Source: an uncultured delta proteobacterium
GTDB lineage: Bacteria; Myxococcota; Myxococcia; Myxococcales; Myxococcaceae
Direction: 5' to 3'
Assembly: GCA_963771175.1 (NCBI GenBank)
Contig: CAVYSY010000021.1
Coordinates: 224,001 to 288,000 of the forward strand
Length of the DNA: 64,000 bases
The position numbers and the translations under genes were made by a program. The stretch's first letter is position 1. Every line of letters starts with the position of its first letter. The notes below the pieces were generated by a model that saw only the letters and a program-made list of their open reading frames with translations, had not been told where the DNA came from and ran no database searches. Positions 45,890-56,704 of the stretch are shown in pieces.

Positions 45890-46393
45890 GCCGCCGCCTA
45901 CAATGCCGGCGAGAAGCAAGTCGCGGCAGTAATTGCCGGCAGGAGCAGCCTGCCACTTGAGACGCAAAATTACGTGTTTGCCATCACCGGACGCCAAGTC
46001 GCGGACTGGCTCGGTGTCACTCATCCAACAGCACCGTTTTCAACCGAGCACGATAGCAATGACTTCGTCAGGTCATGTTTGCGACGTGTTAGAGTAAATT
46101 TCCGCGACTCCGAAATACCGGCTGCAACGACTGTCCAACCCTGGGGCGTCCAGGTTTCCGAAAGTTTCTCGCGCAGCCAGGCAGTCAACATTTTTCGAGC
46201 ACTTCAAGAGCGACTGCCTGGTATATTTGGCACTTCACCGCCCATGATCATCGCCGCGCGGAATTACAGCATTGGCTTGGCACTACGCCAGCGAGTCTTT
46301 TTGGGCGCCGCAAACCGGGCCGAAGCCGACAGCAAATGCGCTGCCTTGAACCAGGTAGGCGTCGCGTGCCTGGTGCGGCGAACCGGACGCTAG
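45890..46393 (+). CDS. Lytic transglycosylase (SLT C-terminus) + SPOR domain, N-terminus missing at the junction
   Basis: AAAYNAGE, LPLETQNYVFAITG, PWGVQV, C-terminal CAALNQVGVACLV. Confidence 0.8.
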   Translation, partial: AAAYNAGEKQVAAVIAGRSSLPLETQNYVFAITGRQVADWLGVTHPTAPFSTEHDSNDFVRSCLRRVRVNFRDSEIPAATTVQPWGVQVSESFSRSQAVNIFRALQERLPGIFGTSPPMIIAARNYSIGLALRQRVFLGAANRAEADSKCAALNQVGVACLVRRTGR

Positions 46394-47400
46394 AGCGCGC
46401 TCTGCTTTAAAGCGGCAACAGGAACAGCGAAACCTCCAATCCGATCTGAGCCAGACTCGATGCCAGGGTCGGAGGTGTGGGACACTATCCCGGACTACAG
46501 CAAGGGCTGAGTGGTTTGTGCCTACCGCTCCAGACCCACCGCCATTGCTGCATATTCGGACGTACTGGCTATAACAAGCGTCAGGCGACGTTCAGTTTAC
46601 CGCCGAGGATATTCACCAGATTCCGGGCCTTATCGGCGTCGACCACCGCTTGGGCCAATTGGCGCCCGGTATTATCGACGGTCGTAATAAGGATGGTATC
46701 CCCGTATCCCTCTGCATAAGTCGTCGTGTCGGGCTCACCAAGATTCGTTCGCTCTGGCATCTTCCCCTTCTCCCCGATACTCCCCACGGCAGTCCCGCCC
46801 ACAGTAGCTCATTCGGGTTAAGTCGTGGGCTCACAGCATTCCGCCACCAAACGCAGGCATGGTCGGCGGGGCAGCCCAAGCCCCTCGCTGGACGCTGCCC
46901 CACCTACGGACGCGTTTGCAGTCAGAAGCGCCCCGCCCGTTCCGCTCTGCGCTTCACCTGAGATGAACTCCCCATCGCTCATGACCGGCATCAACGAATA
47001 TTCCACAACAGCGCGACCGGATTTCGGCACCGGCGTTGCTTTTGATTGTTCATCATCGGGCGGAACGATGAGCCAAAGGCACCTAAGAGATGCACGCCGG
47101 GCGGCGTGACTTGAATGTATCACCGCCCCGCTACTTACGCCTAATCACTCACCGTATTGGCTCGCTTACCGGTGAATGAATCGACCCGGCATGAATACCG
47201 GTTAGCTGGCATCAAGGGTTTCTGGCCGCAGGTAGGCAGGGACCAATGCAACAGGTTGGTTCCACACAGCACGGCCCCTGTCGCCGATCAGATGATGCGG
47301 GCAGCTCCATCTGATCGACAGGATGGAATCGAGGCGAGCCGAGAAAGGTTCGGACGCATCGGTAACACTCACAAATCAGTACTCGATGGTGGGACCAACA

Positions 47401-47808
47401 TCAGGCGCTGTGAGCGACCTTTTGGCGCCTCCGCGCCACGCTGTCGGCGAACTCGGCCCGATCGATGACCACCAACTCGTCCCGAAGCCGCGCCAACGGC
47501 TGGTCAGTGGCTTCTGGCACCTCTTGGGCCAGTGTTGACATCCGCAGCGCCTCATATTCGATTGCGGCCTGCAGGTCGAGGAGGCTAGTAAAAAGCTGAA
47601 TCTGCTTCATCTTGGCGGTCTCGCAGACTGCCTCGAGTTCCCTCTGGATCTGGTTTATGCTGGTAGTGAATTCCTCGAGAATGCCCTGGAACGCCGTGAC
47701 AATGCGGCCGATCTGGTAACCGCGTTCGCGGTGCGTCGTAGCATGATTATTTTCGATCTGCTCCACGTCGCGCCGCAATCTGTCTATTACTGTAGTGACC
47801 TCGCTCAT
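47401..47808 (-). CDS. Hypothetical coiled-coil protein
   Basis: 135-aa helical ORF with GAGGG upstream. Confidence 0.55.
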   Translation of the reverse strand: MSEVTTVIDRLRRDVEQIENNHATTHRERGYQIGRIVTAFQGILEEFTTSINQIQRELEAVCETAKMKQIQLFTSLLDLQAAIEYEALRMSTLAQEVPEATDQPLARLRDELVVIDRAEFADSVARRRQKVAHSA

Positions 47809-48009
47809 ACACCCCTCACTTACGCTTTAAGACGCCGTCCCTAAAAATGCCTGGGACAATATGACCAGTGATTTGGTGAATGTGGGGCTACAGTGAGGCC
47901 CGCTGATGGACCCGTATGTTGGAATTGAGCGCTCCAGACGTGGCAGCAGTTTGAACAAGAGCGCTTCAGCAGAAATGGGAAATCGCCTACAGCGCCCTCA
48001 CACTGCCCG

Positions 48010-48077
48010 CTTCACGAGATCAAGTACGACGGTTATCGCACCCTGATCTTTGTCGTAGCCAGGTCCGTGCCTTTACC
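48010..48077 (+). pseudogene. Remnant of an ATP-dependent DNA ligase (LigD-type) adenylation motif
   Basis: LHEIKYDGYRTLI...QVRAFT (KxDG motif I). Confidence 0.7.
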
Positions 48078-48495
48078 ATTTGCTTGCCCGTGTCCGGTCG
48101 AACTCGCCTTCAGCCATCTGATGAGAGGGCGACTCCTTTTTGGGCGGGCGGCAAACCGTCGACGATGGACATGAAGTTTCCCCAGGATTGCCCAGCTTCA
48201 TTAAGCTGGCGTTCACAGATGGCGGCTTTCTTTAACGATGCCGCCCGCTTCCCCACAAATGCGGTCGGTTTGAGGGAATGGGACAGTCCCTGCATGTACC
48301 CATCCCCTCCCCTTCAACCTCACAGCAGGCGGGCAACCATTATGCGGAAGTGCCGAACAAGGCTGAAACCACAGAAGCATGACTATAATCGCTAGGGAGT
48401 TATGGGCGAAAGTTGGTGACGGCATGCAGGGGGGTGAGGCGGCGTATCGTGGGGTGCTTGACGCCTCCACTTCTCCTCCGAAGGAGCGATACGGC

Positions 48496-48610
48496 GTGAC
48501 CGAGAGAAATATCTTCCCGTTTTCGCAACCAGGAGCTTTTGGCGATCCGCTGACTGAGGTCTTGCGCAACGGCGCACAAGCACTGCTGGCGCAGGCGGTT
48601 GAGGCCGAGG
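48496..48610 (+). mobile_element. IS256-family transposase 5' remnant
   Basis: VTERNIFPFSQPGAFGDPLTEVLRNGAQALLAQAVEAE, typical N-terminus of rhizobial IS256 transposases; RBS AAGGAG. Confidence 0.7.
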
Positions 48611-48774
48611 GTTTTCGGTTCCCCGACCGGGCACCCTACTTAACGAATGAGCTGACCCGCTCCCTGCCTGGCAGAAGCGGCTCGGATAGCAAGTCTTTGG
48701 CGTGTTTGAGCAACGACGGGCCACGATCAGCCAGCCAAGTGTTTAGGGCGTGCAACGGCGACGCGTGAGGGGAT

Positions 48775-48813
48775 TAAAGGCTCCCTGGAGGTCCCGCCTC
48801 TCGGGGGTTTTTT
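48775..48813 (+). terminator. Intrinsic terminator-like hairpin
   Basis: CTCCCTGGAGG-TCCCG-CCTCTCGGGGG followed by T6. Confidence 0.45.
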
Positions 48814-49046
48814 CGATCGCGACACGCTGCCGGCGTTAATGGGTCCTGACTTTAGTCTCTCCCGAGATGCCCGGACAGTGTACTTGCGATCCATCTCCAG
48901 ACACCTGTCTCTGGAAGAGCCTCGGAACAGAGAGGGTAATCGGACCCAATCCAGCGCCGCGAACGACATAGACCCATGACGCGCGCCTGCGCCCGCTTTT
49001 TGGGGTCGCGGAGTAGACCCAACTGGTCCCGGAACGATTTGGCCGT

Positions 49047-49439
49047 TTAGGCGGCCGACCGCTTAAGCCCAAGACCGATCTTCTTTGCCAGCCTTGATCT
49101 CGCCTTGGAATATCTCGGAGCCACCATCGGATAGTCGTCAGCGAGACCCCATCTGGTTCGATACTCATCTGGGGTCATTCCATGCATGCCGAGGTGCCTC
49201 TTCAGTGACTTGAACTGTTTCCCATCCTCCAAGCAGGTCAAGTAATCTGGCGTGATCGACTCATCGATAGGCACAGCGGGGTCCTGCCTCGCTCCGAATT
49301 CTTCATGGTTGTCCTTAGAAAGTGCGCGACTGATAGCGCGCACGACATCCGCAATTTGCGAAGGCTCGACGCTATTATTACTCACGTAAGCAATAAACAT
49401 CTCACCTACGAGTTTTTCATTGAAACTTTCGTCAGTCAT
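49047..49439 (-). CDS. mucR: MucR/Ros zinc-finger regulator
   Basis: AYVSNN, PAVPIDESITPDYLTCLEDGKQFKSLKRHL, YPMVAPRYS. Confidence 0.95.
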   Translation of the reverse strand: MTDESFNEKLVGEMFIAYVSNNSVEPSQIADVVRAISRALSKDNHEEFGARQDPAVPIDESITPDYLTCLEDGKQFKSLKRHLGMHGMTPDEYRTRWGLADDYPMVAPRYSKARSRLAKKIGLGLKRSAA

Positions 49440-49976
49440 AGTCCGCCTCCTATGCCATCCGAGGCAATGTTATCCCCTGCAGTAAAAGATTAAAAGTCGC
49501 TAGTTGCTTGAATTCACGCAACCGCGGGGTGGTAATCTGACGCGCGTATCAGCTCATCCCCAAAAAGGAACGGAACAAACTGCTGAGGAGATCGGCGCCA
49601 TAAAAGTGTCGAGTTGCCGATCCCTTTCTTCAGAGCGCCAGGCTCGGCGCCGCACGAAAGTGCAGAGCTGTGTCCTTGTCGCCTATATCGGATACCTCGG
49701 CGAGGGAGATGTCGCCGACAAACTGCGGCCCATTGCGAGGTTCAGGCGACCACCATACTCGGCCCAAGTCTTGTGACCGATGGTGAGGAGCGCGACGCCG
49801 CTGGCAACGGCATTTGTGTCAGTGCTTCACCTGATCATCGCTTGGCTTGGGGTTTATCCCGAGCGCGAGATCAGTTGGCCAAGCCTCCGTGCTCTCTTGC
49901 TCCGGTGCCGGAAATGGCCCTACCTCGGCCGCGATGATGTTAGCCTGAGAATCAATTCAAACATTGAAGGACAAAA

Positions 49977-51281
49977 ATGGTGGATCGTGCGGCGCAGGAT
50001 GAGAGACGAGTAGCCTGCTGGGACGATGAGAGCCATCATCCAGATCACCGGGACATCTTTATCGTTTCCGGGGAGGGCAGCTGGATCACAGACAAGTCAC
50101 GTAGGAGGTTGCTTGATGCGGCATCGGGCCATAGTTGTGTGAATCTCGGCTATGCCAACGAAGAGCTTATCGAGGTCGCTGCGCAGAGCTATCGAAGGCT
50201 CGCCTATTGTTCACCAGAGCACCGCTGCCAGTCGGTTGCCGCCCTATCCGCGGGATTAAGCGATCGGCTTGGCGGCGATTATCGGCTGCGCTATGCCACC
50301 ACAGGCGGAGGAGCGAACGAATTGGCAATCGAAATCGCTCGCCGCTACTGGCTCCACGTTGGAGAGCCCAGGAAGAGAAACATCATCGCTCTGGATCGGA
50401 GCTATCACGGGTCAACCGGCACGGCGGGCTTCGCAAGCGGCCCCAACATTCTGCAGTCGCCTCACACGGACCGCAGCCTGGAATTTCGACATGTGGTCGG
50501 TGCGCGCGATCCAATCCACGGGAGATCGCGAGACTTAGCTTGCCTTCGAGCAGGCTTTGAGAGCCAGATCGAAACGCTTGGGGCACACACCATCGCTGCC
50601 ATTATCGTCGAACCAGTCGCCTTCGCAGGTGGCGTCATTGTTCCTCCGCGTGGCTTTCTTGAGGCGGTCTTCGACCTCTGCCGAAAAAACAGATTTCTGC
50701 TGATCGTCGACGAAGTCATCACCGGATTCGGGCGGAGCGGGAGGTGGTTTGCCTTCCAGTGGGCCGACGGCGTTCGGCCGGACATCGTCACGATGGGAAA
50801 AGGTATCACCTCAGCTTATTTCCCGCTCTCCGCCGCAGCGGTGTCAAATGAGATCTACGAGACATTCCTTGCGCCTGGAAATGCTATCAGCAAAATCATC
50901 ACCATGGCCGGTCACCCGGTTGGATGCGACATTGCGCTTAAGGTCATCGAGATCACGGAACGCGATGATCTTGTCGGTCGAGTGCGGCAAAATTCCGAAG
51001 AGCATCTCTCGAAGCTCTCCTCGCTAGACGGCCTACCCAAGGTTCGTGACGTTCGTGGACTTGGCCATATGTGGGGCGTGGAGTTCGCGGATGCCGCGTC
51101 GGGCGACGGTGCGACGCTTGCCCGTCGCGTGGCCGACCGGTGCTTTGAGGCCGGGCTCCTTGTCCTTCACACTGACAATCTGATCCGCATCAATCCGCCG
51201 CTCACCGCAACCGTCGACGAGATTCGATTTGTCGCAGACACGCTCATCTCCGCAATCAAATCGGAGGCGACGGAAGCGTGA
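49977..51281 (+). CDS. Class III PLP-dependent aminotransferase
   Basis: GEGSWITD, SYHGST, IIVEPV, DEVITGFGRSG, MGKGITS. Confidence 0.9.
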   Translation: MVDRAAQDERRVACWDDESHHPDHRDIFIVSGEGSWITDKSRRRLLDAASGHSCVNLGYANEELIEVAAQSYRRLAYCSPEHRCQSVAALSAGLSDRLGGDYRLRYATTGGGANELAIEIARRYWLHVGEPRKRNIIALDRSYHGSTGTAGFASGPNILQSPHTDRSLEFRHVVGARDPIHGRSRDLACLRAGFESQIETLGAHTIAAIIVEPVAFAGGVIVPPRGFLEAVFDLCRKNRFLLIVDEVITGFGRSGRWFAFQWADGVRPDIVTMGKGITSAYFPLSAAAVSNEIYETFLAPGNAISKIITMAGHPVGCDIALKVIEITERDDLVGRVRQNSEEHLSKLSSLDGLPKVRDVRGLGHMWGVEFADAASGDGATLARRVADRCFEAGLLVLHTDNLIRINPPLTATVDEIRFVADTLISAIKSEATEA

Positions 51282-52042
51282 CGCAAAGGGAAGGCGCGTA
51301 TCCGGAAGAGTCTCAGCCTCAGATGTGACCCAACGCTTGGCCACTGTGCAGGAAAGACACAGTTCATGGCCTATTCTCCCGACTCCCGAGACTGGCCATT
51401 TCACGGCCATTGTTGAAGGCAACTCTCATCAATCGGCTCGAACGCGATTTAAGAACCCGGTAAGCCGAGGCAGTACCAATGTAGGTGACAAGCCACTTAC
51501 AGCGGTCTTTCTGCAGTTAATTCGGCCAGGGATATCGCGTGACTGGGAATGCTACCTGAGTTTCTGTGCGTAAGCGTGTAGAGCATAACCGCCCTATCGG
51601 AAGTAGGAGTCGGCTCTTCGGCATGGCCATGGAGCCTAGTTGAGTGAGAAAACCGTTATGCACCTTCGCCAAATTACCGAATCAGGTAGCTATGCCCGGT
51701 TCTTCTTTGAGTTGATAGCGATGTTTCTGATTGTATCGGGTTTGGCATTTTGTCTGATAGCAGTTGCTTATGCTGAGGAGCGGCCGCTAAACACACCTGC
51801 GACTAGCTTCATCTCGAAGAACTCGCGAGTAGCAATCCCGCTCTGAAAAGTCGGCAGGACCCTGACATATGGTCGGGCCACCTTGGCCATCCATCGCCTT
51901 TCCTCGACCCGCTAATCAGAGTTAGCCCAACCGAGAGCACATCGTCATCTCTCACGCAAGAACGCCTGATGGGAAGGGCGATGATCTAACTACGTGCCGG
52001 ACTCTCCTTGTGACTTGGCCCCAACACCGCAAAGCGGGAAAC

Positions 52043-52212
52043 GGCATCCGCAGCGGAGTGGACGTGGCGCGCGCCCTAGCACTCGGTGCCTCGGCCGCGC
52101 TCTCCGGCAAGGCGTTTCTCTGGGGTCTCGGGGCGCTTGGCCTATTCCCAGTAAGGCCCGACGGGCCGGGGCATGTTATCGACCTTATCGACGAGCTGCA
52201 GTCCTCACTGGG
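52043..52212 (+). pseudogene. Remnant C-terminus of an FMN-dependent alpha-hydroxy-acid dehydrogenase
   Basis: GIRSGVDVARALALGA...GKAFLWGLGALG. Confidence 0.75.
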
Positions 52213-52297
52213 GCCAGCTCGGGCCGCACCCGCCAGAGGAGCCGCGCATCGTGGTGGTCCGGCATCCGGGAGCACTGCACTTCTGATCTGCCCCAGC

Positions 52298-52530
52298 GGC
52301 GCCTTGACTGTCGCATGCTTAGGCGTGCCTTTGGCCTTGAGGTGCTGAGCCCTGATCCCGATCTCCGGCTTCAGCCACAGCGTCTCATTGGCTCGCCTCA
52401 GCCCCTTTAAAACCGGCTTCTCGATTTGACATAGCCGCGAACTTGTCGGCCCATTCGGCACTGGCATGTGATGGCGGCCGCCGGATCGCCGGACCGGCAA
52501 ACTCCAGCTCTCCGAAGCAATCGCGAACCA
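52298..52530 (-). pseudogene. Degenerate C-terminal remnant of a short ATP-dependent DNA ligase
   Basis: GELEFAGPA... then WLKPEIGIRAQHLKAKGTPKHATVKA across frames. Confidence 0.5.
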
Positions 52531-53571
52531 ACCGCTGCCGATGGACTATCAAAGCACCCGGGAGATTCCCTGCCACGAGACCGGTTCAGACCCTTCCAAT
52601 CGGTAAGGTCAGCGACTTGGCGCACACGTAACATTTCAGCAGTTGCGGCGACTTGGCACACCCACACCTCGAGGCAGGCTGCCAAAATACTGTCCCTGCC
52701 GAATGGCACATCCCCGCTCGAATGGCCATGGCCGTCGGCACAGCGCCGGATTCCCCTCCCGGCGCAAGCGTGCGCAAGGGCGCCTGTTCCCCGACGGGCG
52801 CCCTTTTCGTCCGGCCCTGGCCGTAGTAGCCCCTCTCCGATGGTCGGCAAAAGGTCTGGGACGAGATTGCAGCTACCCTCGTCGCAAGGATCGAGGTGCC
52901 GCCCTTCGTAGGGTGGATGGAGGATAACACCTCGGTCCCCGCCCCTCGATGAGGCGGGTCGTAACAGGGTTGCCATAGATGCTTGCTGAAGGAGCCGTAT
53001 AGGTGTCGTTCACCGTGGCAACCGCTAGCACCAGCCTCCGGCGGGAAGGCCCCTGGAGCGGCCGCGGATCCGGCCTGCCCGTACTAGGACCAGGCCCTAA
53101 GGCACTCTTACAACCCTGAAAACGCGCTCGCTCTCGCGCGTCAGGGGCGTCGATGCTTGATCGAATTGACTGGTATTGCAAACGCGACCTAATCGGTAAT
53201 GAGCTGTTTCACACTCGCGTGTCGCAGCATACGCTTGGCCTTCAAATCTCCGCGCGCAACCGCCGTTCCAGACCTGGCATCAAGCGTTCAGCCAACCCGG
53301 GTTCTCCCCTCGGATTGCAAAATTTTCCGCTTGAGCGGAATCGGATCATCGCTCTCGGTATTGACGGGGTCGCGATTCTTTGCTGATGCGCCCCTTCGCG
53401 TCTTGCCCTGCAAGTATGTGAAAACGGCCACAACCTCGCCAGCCGGGCCCATCGAGGCAAATTCGAGTGGATGCCGCCGTGTCACTCAAAGCTGGAGCGG
53501 CCAGGAGATTTACCTAGGCACCTGCAGGCCCAATGGCCTACTCAGTTCCCTAGTTCCCTCACCATCCGCGG

Positions 53572-54792
53572 CTACTTGACGATGAGTTTTAGATAAAAAA
53601 GCAAGCTTGTCATCTGTTTGCGCGATACTTCCCCGGCGATTATTGCGCATAGCGTATCCTTTACCTCTTGGCTGCGCGCCGCCTTGCGGATGGTGAAGTT
53701 CAACAATGGCTCACAACCGGCGATCCACTGGAGTTGGGTGCTGATCCTCAACTCGTCCCCAAGCCCATCCCAGAGTTCCCGATCATATCTGCAGATACTC
53801 GCTCCACCGACGTCGCCCGACTTTATCGCGGCGGCTGCGACAGTGGCGGCTACGCGCCCCGAATACATTGCATTTGCTATACCCTCGCCGGTGAAAGGGT
53901 CGATCAATCCGGCTGCATCTCCGACCAGGAGGTATCCTGGGCCGCAGCATGCCCGATGAGTACTTCCGACCGGCAGATGCCACCCGATCGCCTTCTCAAT
54001 TGGCGCGGCGTAGGCGAAGCGCGGTGCAAAATGGGAATCATGCACAGTGGCTTGCAATGCTTTGACCAAATGTACTCGCCTCCTTTTCATCACTGACGCA
54101 AGCATTGCAATGCCGACGTTGGCGAGCCCTTCATCCGCTGGGAAAATCCAGAAATACCCCGGCGTCACGGCCGACAGGTAATGCAGCTCAATTCTATCCG
54201 AGAGTTCTGCGACATTGCGCTGATAGCAGCGAATAGCGACGAGCCAATGCGCCGGATCAATAGCGTAGCTACCGACTTTACGCGCTACGATCGAACGATA
54301 ACCGTCCGCGCCGACCACAACGCGACCTCGAAATTGACGCACTAGTCCGGAAGACTTGTTGCAACCGACAACGCCACAGACCCTACCGCCTTCCCAAACG
54401 AGGTCTTGAACGGAAAACCCTTCAAGGCACGTCGCCGCGGCGGCACGTGCGCGATCAAATAGAAAGGCATCGAAGATGCTTCGGCGTATGACATATCCGA
54501 TCGAGATATCTCGTTTGCGTGCGCGGTCGAGATCCACCTCGGCTTCGACGTGTTTCGTGTTGCCAAATACGACCTTACGAATACGAGTGCCCGGGAGATT
54601 GCCAACCGCATCTTCGAGCTGCAAGTCTCGCAAAATGGTAACGGCTTTGCCCCAAATCGCGTCGCCGCAAATCTTGTCACGCGGAAACTGGCACTTGTCG
54701 AGGAGTAGAGTCGTTAGGCCATGGCGTGCAGCATAGAGGGCGGTTACAGCACCCGCGGGCCCGCCCCCAATGATGATTAGGTCGTAGATCAA
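53572..54792 (-). CDS. Geranylgeranyl-reductase-family FAD oxidoreductase
   Basis: IGGGPAG, FPRDKICGD, GADG, GYFWIFP, VGDAAGLIDPFTGEGI. Confidence 0.9.
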   Translation of the reverse strand: MIYDLIIIGGGPAGAVTALYAARHGLTTLLLDKCQFPRDKICGDAIWGKAVTILRDLQLEDAVGNLPGTRIRKVVFGNTKHVEAEVDLDRARKRDISIGYVIRRSIFDAFLFDRARAAAATCLEGFSVQDLVWEGGRVCGVVGCNKSSGLVRQFRGRVVVGADGYRSIVARKVGSYAIDPAHWLVAIRCYQRNVAELSDRIELHYLSAVTPGYFWIFPADEGLANVGIAMLASVMKRRRVHLVKALQATVHDSHFAPRFAYAAPIEKAIGWHLPVGSTHRACCGPGYLLVGDAAGLIDPFTGEGIANAMYSGRVAATVAAAAIKSGDVGGASICRYDRELWDGLGDELRISTQLQWIAGCEPLLNFTIRKAARSQEVKDTLCAIIAGEVSRKQMTSLLFYLKLIVK

Positions 54793-55007
54793 TGCGTCGC
54801 TCTCTGCATGGTTTCGGCTAGGGCAGCTCGCTGGTTATATTCAAAGCCTTTTCCGCGTCACGGGAGTAATCGCGCTACTCCAACCGGCACGACAGACGGG
54901 CTAGAATGAGTTCGAAAATCAGGAGCCTAAGGCGACCAGTCGGTGTAACTCCGTGGGGTTCGCCTGGACGATAATGCCGAAATCTGGGCTGGTGCACGCT
55001 TACCTCT

Positions 55008-56696
55008 TTAGTGTCGGCCGGAGCGCCAGATCGAAACAATGATCCACAGGCTGTTCACGAAGGCGATCAGGTAACCGAGCAGCCCGAAAAAGGTGAGCAG
55101 CGGCACGCCAAACAGGGTCGGCCCTCCCGCTACAGTCATCACGATGGAGGAGCCGACCACGAGCGATGCCGTCATGATGCCGACGGTCGCCCGATTCATC
55201 GCGCTGTGGAGGCGATGGCCGAAGCTGTCGAGGCGCTTGAGGTCGAGATCGACCCGCATGCGACCGTGCCGCGCGTCTTTGACCAACCGCGCAAGGTCGC
55301 GCGGCATTGACGTGACTAAGCCAAAGAGGTCGCTGAGCGTCGTTTGTGCGCGCCGCGCCGCCTCTGCCGGCTGATAGCGCTCAAGCATGGCGCGGTCGAG
55401 AAACGGTTTAGCACGTTCGATCAAACGGAACTCTGGGTCGTACTGGCGGCCGAGCCCCTCGACGCTAATGAGCGCCTTAAAGAGGAGGGTGAGGTCGACC
55501 GGCAGCACGATCGAGTGCTCGCGCAGGATCGCCGCTACTCTGCGTAACAGCACCCCGATCTTTAGATCCTTCAACTGCATGTCGGCATAGTCGAACGCGA
55601 ATTCGCCGAGATCGGTGGCGAGCCGGACCTCGTCCACGACATCATCGCCGCGCCAGTCGAGCAGCACCTCCAGCATCATCTCCTCATCGTGGCGCGCGAG
55701 CCCGGCCAGCAGATCGACGATCTGCCTACGGCGTACCGGGGCGAGCCGACCCACCATGCCGAAGTCGATCAGCGCGAGGCGGTTGCCGGGCAGATATATC
55801 ACGTTGCCGGGGTGCGGATCGGCGTGGAAGAAGCCGTCCACCAGGATCATCTTGAGCACGGCATCCGCACCGCGCGCGGCAAGCACCTTTCGGTCGAGGC
55901 CCGCATTGTCAATGGCTGCCAAGTCGTTGCCGCGGATGCCCTCGATGTGCTCCTGGACATTCATCACGCTGCTCGTCCACTCCCAGTAGACGCGTGGGAC
56001 GAGGATATTGAGATCGTCGGCAAAGTTGCGCGCGAAGCGGTCCGTGTTGCGTGCCTCCACCGCGAGATCAAGCTCGCGCTCGAGCGAGGCGCGCAGTTGG
56101 CCTACGACCTGCACGGGCCGGTAGCGACGCACCTCGGGTATCTCGTGCTCGACAAGTTGGGCAAGGTGCTCGAGGATTCTCAGATCAGCGTCGATCTTTG
56201 CCTCAATTCCGGGGCGGCGAATCTTGAGAATCACCGGCGCGCCATTGGCGAGTTTGGCCCGGTGTACCTGCGCGATTGAGGCGGCGGCGTAGGGTTCGCG
56301 TTCAAGATTGCAAAACACGTCTAACGGAGAGCGGCCGAGCGCCTGTTCGACCTGGGGCAACAGATCGTCGAACGGCACCGGTGCCACTTGGTTGTGCAGC
56401 CGGGCGAGTTCAGTGGTCCACGCCGGTGGCAGAAGATCCTCTCTCGCCGAGAGTATCTGGCCGAGTTTCAGGAAGGTCGGCCCGAGCATCTCGAATGCCA
56501 GCCTCGCACGCTGCGGCGGCTCGAGATGTGCGATTTCGCTGGCTTCCCCCCACTGTAGGACTTGTCCGGCGCGCTCGAGCAGCGAAACGATGCCGGCCCG
56601 ACGCACGAGGTCGCCGAGCCCATGCCGCACGAAAACCGCGCTGATCTCACGCAGGCGGGGCAGCTCGCGGGCTGTACTGAACCACCCAGAGACCAT
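55008..56696 (-). CDS. UbiB/ABC1 atypical kinase family protein
   Basis: LGPTFLKLGQILS, AASIAQVH, FFHADPHPGN, DFGMVG; C-terminal TM helices. Confidence 0.9.
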   Translation of the reverse strand: MVSGWFSTARELPRLREISAVFVRHGLGDLVRRAGIVSLLERAGQVLQWGEASEIAHLEPPQRARLAFEMLGPTFLKLGQILSAREDLLPPAWTTELARLHNQVAPVPFDDLLPQVEQALGRSPLDVFCNLEREPYAAASIAQVHRAKLANGAPVILKIRRPGIEAKIDADLRILEHLAQLVEHEIPEVRRYRPVQVVGQLRASLERELDLAVEARNTDRFARNFADDLNILVPRVYWEWTSSVMNVQEHIEGIRGNDLAAIDNAGLDRKVLAARGADAVLKMILVDGFFHADPHPGNVIYLPGNRLALIDFGMVGRLAPVRRRQIVDLLAGLARHDEEMMLEVLLDWRGDDVVDEVRLATDLGEFAFDYADMQLKDLKIGVLLRRVAAILREHSIVLPVDLTLLFKALISVEGLGRQYDPEFRLIERAKPFLDRAMLERYQPAEAARRAQTTLSDLFGLVTSMPRDLARLVKDARHGRMRVDLDLKRLDSFGHRLHSAMNRATVGIMTASLVVGSSIVMTVAGGPTLFGVPLLTFFGLLGYLIAFVNSLWIIVSIWRSGRH

Positions 56697-56704
56697 TGGT
56701 TAAT

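Noticed and set aside
42935..46393. ORFs 42935..46024 (-) and 44033..46393 (+) read through the junction as single proteins
   Set aside because: These are chance open frames across the junction; the RND and SLT homologies each stop at about 45890.
46797..46849. tRNA-like sequence (GTAGCTCA...CCGCCACCA)
   Set aside because: Too short, no T-loop (TTCGA) and no cloverleaf can be formed.
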